This document shows, one piece after another, positions 18,006-27,620 of a stretch of DNA of 57,619 nt. The position numbers were made by a program, and so were the translations under genes. The stretch comes from an uncultured Bacilli bacterium (GTDB lineage: Bacteria > Bacillota_I > Bacilli_A > RFN20 > CAG-826), in the NCBI GenBank assembly GCA_944351395.1, contig CALVPP010000002.1:1-57619 (forward strand), in the 5' to 3' direction. The notes under the pieces are model-generated. The model ran no database searches. It was not told the origin of the DNA and saw only the letters and a program-made list of their open reading frames with translations. The number at the start of each line of letters is the position of its first letter. Position 1 is the stretch's first letter.

Positions 18006-19112
18006 TTAAATATTCGTTTTTAATGATTTGTACCACGCACTATCGAGAAAGGAAATATCTTTTTCTTCTTCTCTATTTACTATTTCACCATCGACATAGT
18101 AATCGACTGTTCTACCTAACGAAGTAAAAGCAAAAGCATCACCTTTAGAAGTAAATGTCGACTCACCATTGATCGAACTCCAATATATAGAAGTACAATA
18201 TTTACTCATACGCTCAACGGCTTCAATATAAGGGTGTTGATCTTCTAACGGGGCGTTTTCTTGGTTGCTAGAAAGAATACCAGACATAGTAAATATCATA
18301 TCTGGTTTAACATAAGTCAATAATTCATCACCATTCGATGTTTTTGAACCATGATGACAAGTTTTATAAAGAACAAAATTTGTCTCTTTAAAATATTCCT
18401 TTTCACTTTTATCCATGCTTTCGATGAGTTTTGTTTCCTCTGCACTAGGAAGGTCGCCCGCCATGAACACTTTTGCGTTATTGTAATTTAAAACGCAGGC
18501 GATGCTAGAAGCGTTGAGATCGCTCACCTCTTCTAATGGTGTCGCTACTTCTCCAGTATCAAAAAATTCTAAATAAATATTAGCTTCTTCATCGATTGTA
18601 ATTTTTCTACCATATTGTGCATCATTTATTAGGTCGTAATACGTAATATATTTACTGCCCTCATCAATAAAACTATCTCGCATAGCGACATAATTTTCCG
18701 CAGTCTTAGAAGTCGGTTTCGTGTTCGGATCGATGAACATATCAATATTCATATTTATATCCTTAAAAAACGAAACGTCTTGCATCGCTCCGATGTGGTC
18801 ACTATGAAAATGTGAGAGCATGACGATGTCTATCGTCTTATCCACTACGTATTTATCTAATGCAGCTTTAACAGTTTCTTCATCACTTTCTGTTCCAGCA
18901 TCCACTAACATATCGAAATTGTTATATTGTACTAAGAAACTATCACCATATCGTCCTTTCATCTCAAGAGCGATAATTTTTAATTCATCACCATCGACGA
19001 TAGGAGGTTCAGGTGGATTTGGAGGGTCTGGAGGATTGATAATATCGTTTATAAAATCGCACCCAGTAAGAGGTATTAATAGTACGCTTATAAGTAAAAA
19101 TCTCTTTTTCAT
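18006..19112 (-). CDS. Lipoprotein with a metallo-beta-lactamase fold (ComEC C-terminal-domain-like hydrolase)
   Basis: Lipobox LLIPLTG-C, then a Pro-rich linker PPDPPNPPEPP. MBL motifs are MLSHFHSDHIG and KTCHHGS. Confidence 0.75.
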   Translation of the reverse strand: MKKRFLLISVLLIPLTGCDFINDIINPPDPPNPPEPPIVDGDELKIIALEMKGRYGDSFLVQYNNFDMLVDAGTESDEETVKAALDKYVVDKTIDIVMLSHFHSDHIGAMQDVSFFKDINMNIDMFIDPNTKPTSKTAENYVAMRDSFIDEGSKYITYYDLINDAQYGRKITIDEEANIYLEFFDTGEVATPLEEVSDLNASSIACVLNYNNAKVFMAGDLPSAEETKLIESMDKSEKEYFKETNFVLYKTCHHGSKTSNGDELLTYVKPDMIFTMSGILSSNQENAPLEDQHPYIEAVERMSKYCTSIYWSSINGESTFTSKGDAFAFTSLGRTVDYYVDGEIVNREEEKDISFLDSAWYKSLKTNI

Positions 19113-19151
19113 ACTTCTATTTTATAGAACTAGTACTAATATTAACAATGA

Positions 19152-19191
19152 CAAAAAAGAAAAAAGTGGTAACAGTTCACTATTACCACTT
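19152..19191 (-). terminator. Rho-independent terminator after clpB
   Basis: Minus-strand RNA reads AAGUGGUAA-UAGUGAACUG-UUACCACUU, a perfect 9-bp stem followed by a U-rich run (UUUUUCUUUUUU). Confidence 0.8.
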
Positions 19192-19198
19192 CACGTCT

Positions 19199-21310
19199 TT
19201 ATTTTGTTTTAATTATGAATTTATCGTCTTCCACATCGACGATATAAGCGTGTTTTGTATCTACTTCATTCGCCATGATTTTCTTCGCTAATAAAGTTTC
19301 GATTTCATTTTGAATGTAACGCTTAATCGGTCTCGCACCAAAATCTGGTGAATAAGCATCGTCTAAAATTTTTCTTTTTGCCTTCTCAGTGAAAGTAAAC
19401 GAATAATAGATTTCTTTTAATCTTTCATCTAATTCACTTAACATCTTTTCGACGACGAGAAGCTGCGTCTCTTTATCAAGAGGATGGAAGTAGACGATTT
19501 CATCTATACGATTTAAGAATTCAGGTCTAAATGTCGCATGTAATAATTGATCGACTTTATCGACTTCACCATGCAATAAATATTCACTACCTAAATTCGA
19601 AGTCATGATGATGACTGTATTTTTAAAATCTACGAGACGACCTTGTGAATCAGTAAGTCTTCCTTCATCTAACACTTGTAACAAAAGATTAAATACTTCA
19701 GGATGAGCTTTTTCAATTTCGTCAAAAAGAACGATACTATACGGATTTCGACGGACTTTTTCAGTTAGTTGTCCACCTTCTTCATAACCGACGTAACCCG
19801 GTGGGGCGCCGATGAGACGCGAGACACTAAACTTTTCCATATATTCACTCATATCGATACGGATGATGTGATGTTCACTATCAAATAAAGCCTCGGCAAG
19901 CGTTCTAGCCACTTCTGTCTTACCAACGCCAGTTGGGCCTAAGAAGAGAAATGAACCAATAGGACGATTTTGATCTTTAATGCCAGCACGCTGTCTAATG
20001 ATTGCGTCACTCACTAATTTGATAGCCTCGTCTTGTCCTTTGACTCGTTTCTTCAAGATGTTTTCTAGATCTAAAACTTTTTCTTTATCACCTTTAGAAA
20101 TTCTAGAGACTGGGATATTAGTCATCTTGGAGACGATACGAGCAATTTCTTCTTCATCCACGACTTCAGAAAGCAAGCGACGATGATCACTATCTTTCTT
20201 TTCTAAACTTTGTAATTTTTTCTCTAAATTAGGAATTTTTTCATATTGTAATTCACTAGCTTTTACATAATCACCTTTCGAAAGAAATTTATCGAGATCG
20301 AATTTAGCTTTTTCAATTTCTTTTTTAATATTTTTTGCTTCTTCGATATCTTTCTTTTCTTTCGACCATTGACTTTCTAATTCATGGCAAGTCTTATTTT
20401 CTTCTTCTAACTCATCATTTAACTTAGCAAGTCTTTTTTTAGATGATTCATCACTTTCTTTTTGTAACGCGGCACGTTCAATTTCTAAACGTCTAATGCG
20501 TCTTAAACATTCATCTAGTTCAGTCGGCATCGATTCAATCTCTACTTTGATAGAAGCACAAGCTTCGTCCACTAAATCGATAGCTTTATCAGGTAAGAAT
20601 CTATTAGTGATGTATCTATTAGATAAAGTAGCAGCAGCGACGAGAGCGTTATCTAAAATAGTTACACCATGATATGTCTCAAATCTTTCTTTTAGGCCAC
20701 GCAAAATAGATATCGTATCTTCGACAGTCGGTTCATTGATCATGACTGGTTGAAACCTACGTTCCAAAGCGCGATCTTTTTCGATGTATTCGCGATATTC
20801 ATTGAGAGTAGTCGCTCCGATACAATCAATTTCGCCTCTCGCTAGCATTGGTTTAAGCATATTAGAAGCGTCTAAAGCGCCATCTGTTCTACCAGCACCG
20901 ACGATGAGGTGAATTTCATCGATAAAAAGAATAATTTTTCCTTCGCTAGCCTTGATTTTATTGAGCACAGCTTTTAATCTTTCTTCGAATTCACCACGAT
21001 ACTTCGCCCCTGCGACAAGTGCACCCATATCTAATTCAAATATTTCTTTATTTTTTAAAGAATCGGGCACATCATTTTTAACAATTCTTTCCGCTAAACC
21101 TTCCAAGATGGCAGTCTTACCGACACCAGGCTCACCGATGAGGATGACATTATTTTTCGTTTTGCGTGCTAAAATTTCGACAATTTTACGAATTTCATCA
21201 TTACGACCGATGACTGGATCGACTTTGCCTAGTCTAACTTGTTCTGTAATATTACGACCAAATTTTTCTAATACTTTTTCGTCTTTTGAATAATCGATTG
21301 GTTGTTCCAT
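19199..21310 (-). CDS. clpB: ClpB-type AAA+ disaggregase lacking the N-terminal domain
   Basis: Two AAA+ modules are present ([15 protein letters not shown] and [15 protein letters not shown]). A long coiled-coil middle domain lies between them, which is ClpB-like. The protein starts ~15 aa before [17 protein letters not shown], the position where E. coli ClpB domain 1 begins. Confidence 0.9.
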   Translation of the reverse strand: MEQPIDYSKDEKVLEKFGRNITEQVRLGKVDPVIGRNDEIRKIVEILARKTKNNVILIGEPGVGKTAILEGLAERIVKNDVPDSLKNKEIFELDMGALVAGAKYRGEFEERLKAVLNKIKASEGKIILFIDEIHLIVGAGRTDGALDASNMLKPMLARGEIDCIGATTLNEYREYIEKDRALERRFQPVMINEPTVEDTISILRGLKERFETYHGVTILDNALVAAATLSNRYITNRFLPDKAIDLVDEACASIKVEIESMPTELDECLRRIRRLEIERAALQKESDESSKKRLAKLNDELEEENKTCHELESQWSKEKKDIEEAKNIKKEIEKAKFDLDKFLSKGDYVKASELQYEKIPNLEKKLQSLEKKDSDHRRLLSEVVDEEEIARIVSKMTNIPVSRISKGDKEKVLDLENILKKRVKGQDEAIKLVSDAIIRQRAGIKDQNRPIGSFLFLGPTGVGKTEVARTLAEALFDSEHHIIRIDMSEYMEKFSVSRLIGAPPGYVGYEEGGQLTEKVRRNPYSIVLFDEIEKAHPEVFNLLLQVLDEGRLTDSQGRLVDFKNTVIIMTSNLGSEYLLHGEVDKVDQLLHATFRPEFLNRIDEIVYFHPLDKETQLLVVEKMLSELDERLKEIYYSFTFTEKAKRKILDDAYSPDFGARPIKRYIQNEIETLLAKKIMANEVDTKHAYIVDVEDDKFIIKTK

Positions 21311-21344
21311 AAACTAATCACCTCCATTTCAAATGACTAAGCGT

Positions 21345-21373
21345 ATTTTAGAAGAAAAATTAGCACTTGTCAA
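21345..21373 (-). promoter_or_regulatory. SigA-type promoter of clpB (TTGACA-17-TAAAAT)
   Basis: On the minus strand, TTGACA sits at 21373..21368, followed by a 17-nt spacer and TAAAAT at 21350..21345. The -35 hexamer lies inside the CIRCE spacer and left arm. Confidence 0.65.
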
Positions 21374-21386
21374 GTGAGAGTGCTAA
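21360..21386. promoter_or_regulatory. CIRCE operator (HrcA binding site)
   Basis: TTAGCACTT-GTCAAGTGA-GAGTGCTAA matches the consensus TTAGCACTC-N9-GAGTGCTAA with one mismatch. It lies 50 nt upstream of the clpB start. Confidence 0.88.
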
Positions 21387-21435
21387 AAATTTAATGTAAT
21401 TTATTTATAAATTAAAATATGTTAAAATACGTTTT

Positions 21436-21879
21436 ATGAAAATTTTAGTCGTTAGCGATACACATTATGAACTAGATAATCTATCAAAATTATTGAAAAA
21501 ATATCCAGACATGGACTTATATCTTCACGCTGGCGACAGCGAGCGGTCGCCTGATGAATTATTTCCTTTTCAAAGCGTAAAAGGTAATAGGGATTATTTA
21601 TCATCTTTTCCTAAAGAACTTGTGTTCAATACACCTATAGGTAACCTCATCATGCGTCACATCTTACAGTATTCTTTAAATGATTTATATGAGAAAAATA
21701 TCAAGGTTGTCATAAGTGGCCATACTCACAAAAAAGATTATCGCTATCACGATGGTATCTACTTCATCAATCCAGGATCGTTAGATTATCCAAGAGACGG
21801 GAATAGAGGGAGTTACGCTATCGTCAACATTGATGTTAATCAATTACAAGTAAAATTTCATTCAATAGACGATTTGTAA
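21436..21879 (+). CDS. YfcE/MJ0936-family metallophosphoesterase
   Basis: 147 aa with the motifs VVSDTHY, AGDS, GNRD and SGHTH. Confidence 0.8.
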   Translation: MKILVVSDTHYELDNLSKLLKKYPDMDLYLHAGDSERSPDELFPFQSVKGNRDYLSSFPKELVFNTPIGNLIMRHILQYSLNDLYEKNIKVVISGHTHKKDYRYHDGIYFINPGSLDYPRDGNRGSYAIVNIDVNQLQVKFHSIDDL

Positions 21880-22041
21880 TCTACTAATTATCTACTTAAA
21901 ATGGGGGCTTTTTCGAAAGTCAAAATATTTTGAGTAAAAGGCTTTTTTTCATCTTTTTATCTATATAAAATATGTGATACGAAATGGCTCAACATTGAGC
22001 AATGATGACGCAATCTTTTTTTAATGAATAATGGAGGAAAT

Positions 22042-24426
22042 ATGATCAGAGTAAGAAAAAGAGATGGTTCAATCGTCGACTTCGATCTGAACAAAATTAA
22101 AAACGCAATCGAAAGAGCGTTTAAAGCCGAAAATAAATATTATGACGATAACATTTTAAATCTGTTATCGCTCAATACGACTGCTATTTTTAATAGCAAA
22201 ATTAAAGAAGATACAATCGATGTCGAAGACATCCAAGATGCAGTAGAAATCGCACTCATACAAGGTGGCTACATCGACATCGCTAAATCATACATCGTCT
22301 ATCGTAAAAGACATGAATCACTTAGACAAATTAAAAATACAGAGTTAGATTACGCTGCTACCGTAAACAATTATTTAAAAATTAACGACTGGCGCGTTAA
22401 AGAAAATAGTACTGTTACTTATTCTGTCGGCGGTCTCATCCTCTCTAACTCTGGCGCGATGACGGCGAACTATTGGCTTAGTGAAATTTATGATTCAGAA
22501 ATTGAACAAGCTCATAGAAGTGGCGCTATCCACATCCACGACTTATCTATGTTAAGTGGTTACTGTGCTGGATGGTCTTTAAAACAACTCATACAAGAAG
22601 GTTTAGGAGGCGTACCAGGCAAAATTACTTCTAGTCCTGCATCCCACCTTTCTACTTTATGCAACCAAATGGTCAATTTCTTAGGCATCATGCAAAACGA
22701 ATGGGCTGGCGCTCAAGCATTCTCTAGCTTCGACACTTATCTAGCGCCATTTGTGAAAAAAGATAATCTTACTTATAAAGAAGTAAAACAATGTATTCAA
22801 TCATTCGTCTATGGTGTGAACACTCCTTCTAGATGGGGTACACAAGCACCATTTTCCAATATCACTTTAGACTGGGTCGTACCAAATGATATGAAAAACT
22901 TACCTGCTATCGTCGGTGGTAAAGAATGCGACTTCACCTATGGTGATTGTAAGAAAGAAATGGATATGATTAACAAAGCTTTCATCGAAATTATGATCGA
23001 AGGTGACGCAAATGGTCGCGGTTTCCAATATCCAATTCCTACTTATTCCATCACGAGAGATTTTGATTGGTCCGATACAGAAAATAACAAATTATTATTC
23101 GAGATGACTGCTAAATATGGCACTCCATATTTCTCAAATTACATCAATTCAGATATGGAACCGAGCGATGTGCGCTCGATGTGCTGCCGTCTTAGACTCG
23201 ATTTAAGGGAATTAAGGCGTAAATCAGGCGGTTTCTTCGGAAGCGGCGAAAGCACTGGTTCCGTCGGTGTCGTCACTATCAATTTACCTCGTATTGCTTA
23301 TCTTGCAACGGACGAACAAGATTTTTATGATCGACTCACTAAACTCATGAATTTAAGCGCGAGATCATTGAAAATTAAACGCGATACGATTACTAAATTA
23401 CTAAATGCTGGCTTATATCCTTACACCAAACGTTACTTAGGTTCTTTTGAAAACCACTTCTCCACTATCGGCTTAGTGGGCATGAACGAAGCGTGTTTAA
23501 ATGCGAGATGGTTAAGATGTGATCTAACACATGAAGAAGCACAAGATTTCGCTGTGAAGACGCTTAATTTTATGAGAGAAAAATTAAAAGATTATCAAGA
23601 AGAATATGGTGATCTTTATAACCTTGAAGCGACACCAGCTGAATCTACAGCCTATCGTCTCGCTAAACACGATAAGAAACTTTATCCAGATATCATCACT
23701 GCGACAGATGATGATCACACACCGTACTATACGAATAGTTCCCATCTTCCTGTTGGATTTACTGATGACATCTTTAAAGCACTAGACATTCAAGATAAAC
23801 TGCAACCTCTTTATACTTCTGGTACAGTTTTCCATACTTTCCTTGGTGAGAAAATGCCTTCTTGGCAAGCGACGAAAAATTTGGTGAGGAAAATTGCACA
23901 TAATTACAAATTGCCTTATTACACTATTTCTCCTACTTATTCCGTTTGTAAAAAACACGGCTATATTACCGGCGAAGTGTATGAATGTCCTCATTGTCAT
24001 GAAAAGACTGAAGTTTATTCTCGTATCACTGGTTATTATCGTCCTGTCCAAAATTGGAACGATGGTAAGGTACAAGAATTTAAAGATAGGAAGACTTATC
24101 ACGTCACCCCAGATTCAGTAAGAAATCTTAAAATTGAAAGATGTGAAGAAACGAACGATAACTATATCAAAAACCCTGTCTTAGATGAAAACAAATCTCT
24201 TCTCCTCTTCACTACGAAAACATGTCCAAATTGTAAACTCGTCAAAATGATGCTCGATAAGAACCATATTCCTTACACCATTATTGATGCGGAAGATGAA
24301 AAAGAAAAAACATTAGCGTTTAACATCAAACAAGCACCGACCTTACTCGTACCAAATGGCGAAGGTTATACATATTATCAAAACGCGAGTAACATCAAAG
24401 GTTACATCGATTCTAAGAAGAATTAA
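22042..24426 (+). CDS. nrdD: Anaerobic ribonucleoside-triphosphate reductase (class III) with an N-terminal ATP-cone and a fused C-terminal thioredoxin-fold CxxC domain
   Basis: ATP-cone: IRVRKRDGSIVDFDLNKIKNAIERAF. Finger-loop region: RSMCCRLRLD. Zn ribbon: CKKH...CPHC. Glycyl-radical motif SRITGYY at 24019..24039. A ~110-aa extension then follows, with LLLFTTKTCPNCKLV...QAPTLLV (CPNC at 24223..24234). SD GGAGG lies before ATG 22042. Confidence 0.9.
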   Translation: MIRVRKRDGSIVDFDLNKIKNAIERAFKAENKYYDDNILNLLSLNTTAIFNSKIKEDTIDVEDIQDAVEIALIQGGYIDIAKSYIVYRKRHESLRQIKNTELDYAATVNNYLKINDWRVKENSTVTYSVGGLILSNSGAMTANYWLSEIYDSEIEQAHRSGAIHIHDLSMLSGYCAGWSLKQLIQEGLGGVPGKITSSPASHLSTLCNQMVNFLGIMQNEWAGAQAFSSFDTYLAPFVKKDNLTYKEVKQCIQSFVYGVNTPSRWGTQAPFSNITLDWVVPNDMKNLPAIVGGKECDFTYGDCKKEMDMINKAFIEIMIEGDANGRGFQYPIPTYSITRDFDWSDTENNKLLFEMTAKYGTPYFSNYINSDMEPSDVRSMCCRLRLDLRELRRKSGGFFGSGESTGSVGVVTINLPRIAYLATDEQDFYDRLTKLMNLSARSLKIKRDTITKLLNAGLYPYTKRYLGSFENHFSTIGLVGMNEACLNARWLRCDLTHEEAQDFAVKTLNFMREKLKDYQEEYGDLYNLEATPAESTAYRLAKHDKKLYPDIITATDDDHTPYYTNSSHLPVGFTDDIFKALDIQDKLQPLYTSGTVFHTFLGEKMPSWQATKNLVRKIAHNYKLPYYTISPTYSVCKKHGYITGEVYECPHCHEKTEVYSRITGYYRPVQNWNDGKVQEFKDRKTYHVTPDSVRNLKIERCEETNDNYIKNPVLDENKSLLLFTTKTCPNCKLVKMMLDKNHIPYTIIDAEDEKEKTLAFNIKQAPTLLVPNGEGYTYYQNASNIKGYIDSKKN

Positions 24427-24431
24427 CTTTT

Positions 24432-25349
24432 ATGAATGTAGATGTCATCATCATCGGTGCCGGTCCTAGCGGACTGAACGCCGCCTTAAACTTACTGCGT
24501 AACGATCGAAGTGTTCTCATCTTAGAGAAAGAATCTTTGGGTGGACAAATCGCTAAATCGCCACGTGTAGAAAATCTTCCAAGTATCAAAGAAATTTCTG
24601 GTATGGAATTTATCGATCGCTTATTCGAACAAGTGAGCGATATGGGTGCAAATCTCGAATTAGAGGATGCTTTATCTATTGATAAACAAGGTAATACATT
24701 TTACGTTCGCACAGATTGCGATACCCACACCGCAAAAGCGGTGCTCATCGCTAACGGGGTAAGTCATCGTAAAATTGGCGTTCCTAAAGAAGACGAATAT
24801 GTTGGCCGTGGTCTTTCTTACTGTGCGACGTGTGATGGAGCGTTTTACGCAAATGAAGATGTCATCGTCGTCGGTGACGCTAATACGGCTTTACAATATG
24901 CGAACATGCTCGCTAATACGTCTAAAAAGGTGTATTTAGTTGCGCTTTTTGATAAATTATTTGCTGACCTTTCTCTCATCAAGAGATTGAACGCTAAAAC
25001 TAATGTCGAGGTGTTTTATAATTACTGCCTTAAACAATTAAAAGGCGAACCAGATTTTGAAGAAGCAATTTTTGAAAATACGAAGACGCATGAACTTAAA
25101 TCATTTAAAGCAAAAGGCATTTTCATCGCTGTCGGACAAGAACCACATAACGACAATTTTAAAAATTTAATCGATTTAGATGATAAGGGCTTTTTGCTCG
25201 TCGATGAGAAGATGATGTCTAAGACACCTGGCCTTTTTGCAAGTGGTGATACGCGTCAAAAAAATGTGCGCCAAGTGACGACTGCTGTAAGCGATAGTTC
25301 TATTGCTAGTTTCTATATAAACGATTATCTTGATTCTTTGGAATCGTAG
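24432..25349 (+). CDS. Thioredoxin-reductase-like flavoprotein lacking the NADPH-binding motifs
   Basis: FAD motif IIIGAGPSG, then GGQI, redox centre CATCDG and C-terminal SGD..RQ are all TrxB-like. However, TrxB GGGNTA is GDANTA here, and HRRDGFR is ALFDKLF here. Confidence 0.8.
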   Translation: MNVDVIIIGAGPSGLNAALNLLRNDRSVLILEKESLGGQIAKSPRVENLPSIKEISGMEFIDRLFEQVSDMGANLELEDALSIDKQGNTFYVRTDCDTHTAKAVLIANGVSHRKIGVPKEDEYVGRGLSYCATCDGAFYANEDVIVVGDANTALQYANMLANTSKKVYLVALFDKLFADLSLIKRLNAKTNVEVFYNYCLKQLKGEPDFEEAIFENTKTHELKSFKAKGIFIAVGQEPHNDNFKNLIDLDDKGFLLVDEKMMSKTPGLFASGDTRQKNVRQVTTAVSDSSIASFYINDYLDSLES

Positions 25350-26026
25350 CCTCTAGTTTCAATATTTAAATCAGGGTATCTTCTCTTCACTTCTAATATT
25401 TTTTCATAAGGGAAGGGATGAAGCCCTTTTTTGATGCAAGTGCCCCTATCTACAAATTGTTGGAACACTAATTTAGGAAATGGTTTAATATTTTCGATCA
25501 TCTCCACTAACGTTTCTACATCGTGTAATTCATCCACGAGAGTGGTTCTAAATTCATATTGAACGCCGGAAGATTTGATGAGATTAACGCTACGACGTAT
25601 AAGATTTAAATCATTCTCTACTCCCGTTGCGATAGAATATTTTTTGAAACTAGATTTAATATCCATTGCTATATAATCAATTAGATTATTCTTTAATAAA
25701 TCTTCAACTACTTCTGGTCTTGTTCCGTTCGTGTCTAATTTGACGAGGAATCCTAATTTTTTTACCTCGACTATAAATTGTTTTAGTCTGGGATCTAAAG
25801 TAGGTTCACCACCGCTAAAACAAACTGCATCAATTTTATTAATGCGTGTTTTTAAATCTTCAATGATGGATGAAAAAGATAATTCATCATCTTTAAAGTT
25901 GTTTAAGACGATGATGGAATTGTGACAAAAAGGACAACGCATATTACAGCCGCTAAAAAAGATGGTATAAGTTAGATAACCATCGAAATCCACTAATGAT
26001 AAATTGGAGACACCTGCTATTGCCAT
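25325..26026 (-). CDS. nrdG: Anaerobic ribonucleotide reductase activating protein (radical SAM)
   Basis: The segment FFSGCNMRCPFCHNS carries the CxxxCxxC cluster motif, and GGEPTL is present. It is adjacent to nrdD. Its 3' end overlaps the TrxR-like gene by 25 nt (convergent). Confidence 0.88.
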   Translation of the reverse strand: MAIAGVSNLSLVDFDGYLTYTIFFSGCNMRCPFCHNSIIVLNNFKDDELSFSSIIEDLKTRINKIDAVCFSGGEPTLDPRLKQFIVEVKKLGFLVKLDTNGTRPEVVEDLLKNNLIDYIAMDIKSSFKKYSIATGVENDLNLIRRSVNLIKSSGVQYEFRTTLVDELHDVETLVEMIENIKPFPKLVFQQFVDRGTCIKKGLHPFPYEKILEVKRRYPDLNIETRGYDSKESR

Positions 26027-26211
26027 ATAATAAGATTAGACTTTTATAAGCTTAAATGGAATAGTTTTTCATCTATTTTATCTATCTTTTAGATTGATAA
26101 CATAATGAATAAAATAATTTATCAAATGAGATGAAAATTGTTCATCATCAAGCCTTTAACTTGACTTTATTGACCTACTTTATTTAAGATAGAGCAACAA
26201 GAGGACGAAAA

Positions 26212-26685
26212 ATGAAATTAAACGAATACATTCAATTTCGACGTAAAGAATTAGGCCTCACGCAAAAAGATGTCGCTGATGCCTTAAATTATACAGTTCA
26301 AGCTATCTCAAAATATGAGAAAGGCTTATCACCTTTATCTAGTTCTTCTCTCATACCGATGGCTAAAGTTTTAAAAGTGGACGTCGATTCTTTATTAAGA
26401 TGTGAAACTAAAAAAGAAAACGATCTCGCTGAACTTAAAACATTCTCATCGCAACTCTTTGCAAAGAATTTTAAATATTTAAGAGAAGTACATAATCTCA
26501 CCCAAAAAGAAGTCGCTACTCTTTTAAAAATTCCTTATCAAAGCGTCTTCAATTGGGAAAAAGAAAAGAGCGTCCCGAAGACGCCCGCTCTTATTGGAAT
26601 TACAGAACTCTTCGATGTTAGTGCTACTTCAATTATGCTCACTAACATTAAAGAAGAAAGGCACAAAGCCGAACTTCGTTCATAA
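26212..26685 (+). CDS. XRE-family transcriptional regulator with two HTH domains
   Basis: There are two Cro/C1-type HTH units: LGLTQKDVADALNYTVQAISKYEKG and HNLTQKEVATLLKIPYQSVFNWEKE. Confidence 0.8.
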   Translation: MKLNEYIQFRRKELGLTQKDVADALNYTVQAISKYEKGLSPLSSSSLIPMAKVLKVDVDSLLRCETKKENDLAELKTFSSQLFAKNFKYLREVHNLTQKEVATLLKIPYQSVFNWEKEKSVPKTPALIGITELFDVSATSIMLTNIKEERHKAELRS

Positions 26686-27609
26686 CACCTCTTCTTCTTT
26701 ATATTCGATAGGTAAAGGAATATTATGCGCCCTTAAAAGGGCGTTTTGTTCTTTAAAATACTTCCTAAATAATTTGAAGAAACCTTTGGTTTTTTTGTTG
26801 ATGTAATTTGGATTAACATTAGGATCTGCTTCTAAATTTTTAAAGTCATATCGTCCGTTAACTCGCCAATGAGAAAGGATGCCAAAACGTACCGCATCGC
26901 TAGGACAATACATCGAACAACGCATACACACAGTGCAATGATGATTAATTTTAATCTTACCTTTTTTGTTACGGTGCATTGCTTTCGTCGGGCAAGCTTT
27001 AATACATAATTCACAATTGGTACATTTTTTCTTGTTCACATGAGCGATTGGTGCGTTCACGTAAGGAACGACATAAACTAATCTAGCGACGAAAGATAAA
27101 GGTCTTTTGTACCAAGAATATTTCATCTCTTCCTTTTCCTCTTTATCAATCTGAATAGCGAGTAATTGACAAAGAACTTTTAAATATAAATACAATTGCT
27201 TCGCTACTTCATCCTTATAACGGAACATGATGTTATAAGGCATGAGAAGATGTTTATCGATGATGAGTTCTAGATTTTTCTTTCTTAATCTTTTCACTAA
27301 TCTCGCCGCGGCAATATCATTCCACATGAGAGGTTCGCCGCTCGTACGGAAGATGAACAATTTTTTCTTCTCTTTTGCTTTTTCGATGAGCTTTGCATAT
27401 TTCATCACTACTTGTGGAGGATTAAATCCGTAGATAGGAAAACCAATGCCGACGTAATCATATGCATCGATGTTGATAGGAGTTATATCTCCTTCCATCT
27501 TTTTAATATCGACTTGATAACCTAATTTAGTTAGTTCATCTTTGATGAAAGAAGCAGCAAGGAACGTATTCCCTGTACCAGAAAAAACGTATAAAAGACA
27601 CTTTGACAT
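26680..27609 (-). CDS. EFR1-family ferredoxin (flavodoxin-like domain fused to a 2x[4Fe-4S] ferredoxin domain)
   Basis: N-terminal LLYVFSGTGNT has flavodoxin-like topology. Two cluster motifs are present: CTNCELCIKACP and CTVCMRCSMYCP. Confidence 0.78.
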   Translation of the reverse strand: MSKCLLYVFSGTGNTFLAASFIKDELTKLGYQVDIKKMEGDITPINIDAYDYVGIGFPIYGFNPPQVVMKYAKLIEKAKEKKKLFIFRTSGEPLMWNDIAAARLVKRLRKKNLELIIDKHLLMPYNIMFRYKDEVAKQLYLYLKVLCQLLAIQIDKEEKEEMKYSWYKRPLSFVARLVYVVPYVNAPIAHVNKKKCTNCELCIKACPTKAMHRNKKGKIKINHHCTVCMRCSMYCPSDAVRFGILSHWRVNGRYDFKNLEADPNVNPNYINKKTKGFFKLFRKYFKEQNALLRAHNIPLPIEYKEEEVL

Positions 27610-27620
27610 AAAATTACTAA

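Noticed and set aside
21940-22000. Possible NrdR boxes, and a GCTCAA-CA-TTGAGC palindrome (21987..22000), upstream of nrdD
   Set aside because: The ATCTATATAAAATATGTGAT stretch is not convincingly palindromic and does not fit acaCwAtATaTwGtgt. A single 6-bp-arm palindrome is expected many times by chance in 57 kb.
22024-22041. 5' extensions of ORF-track starts. Affected ORFs and their track starts: nrdD 22024, gpmA 2357, lipoprotein 6667, ZIP 15183, ATPase 17933, activase 50746
   Set aside because: In most cases (gpmA, lipoprotein, ATPase, nrdD, activase) the extension contains, or lies upstream of, the Shine-Dalgarno sequence that serves a downstream ATG. For ZIP no SD was identified. In every case the conserved N-terminus of the family begins at the internal Met. 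I trimmed the starts accordingly.
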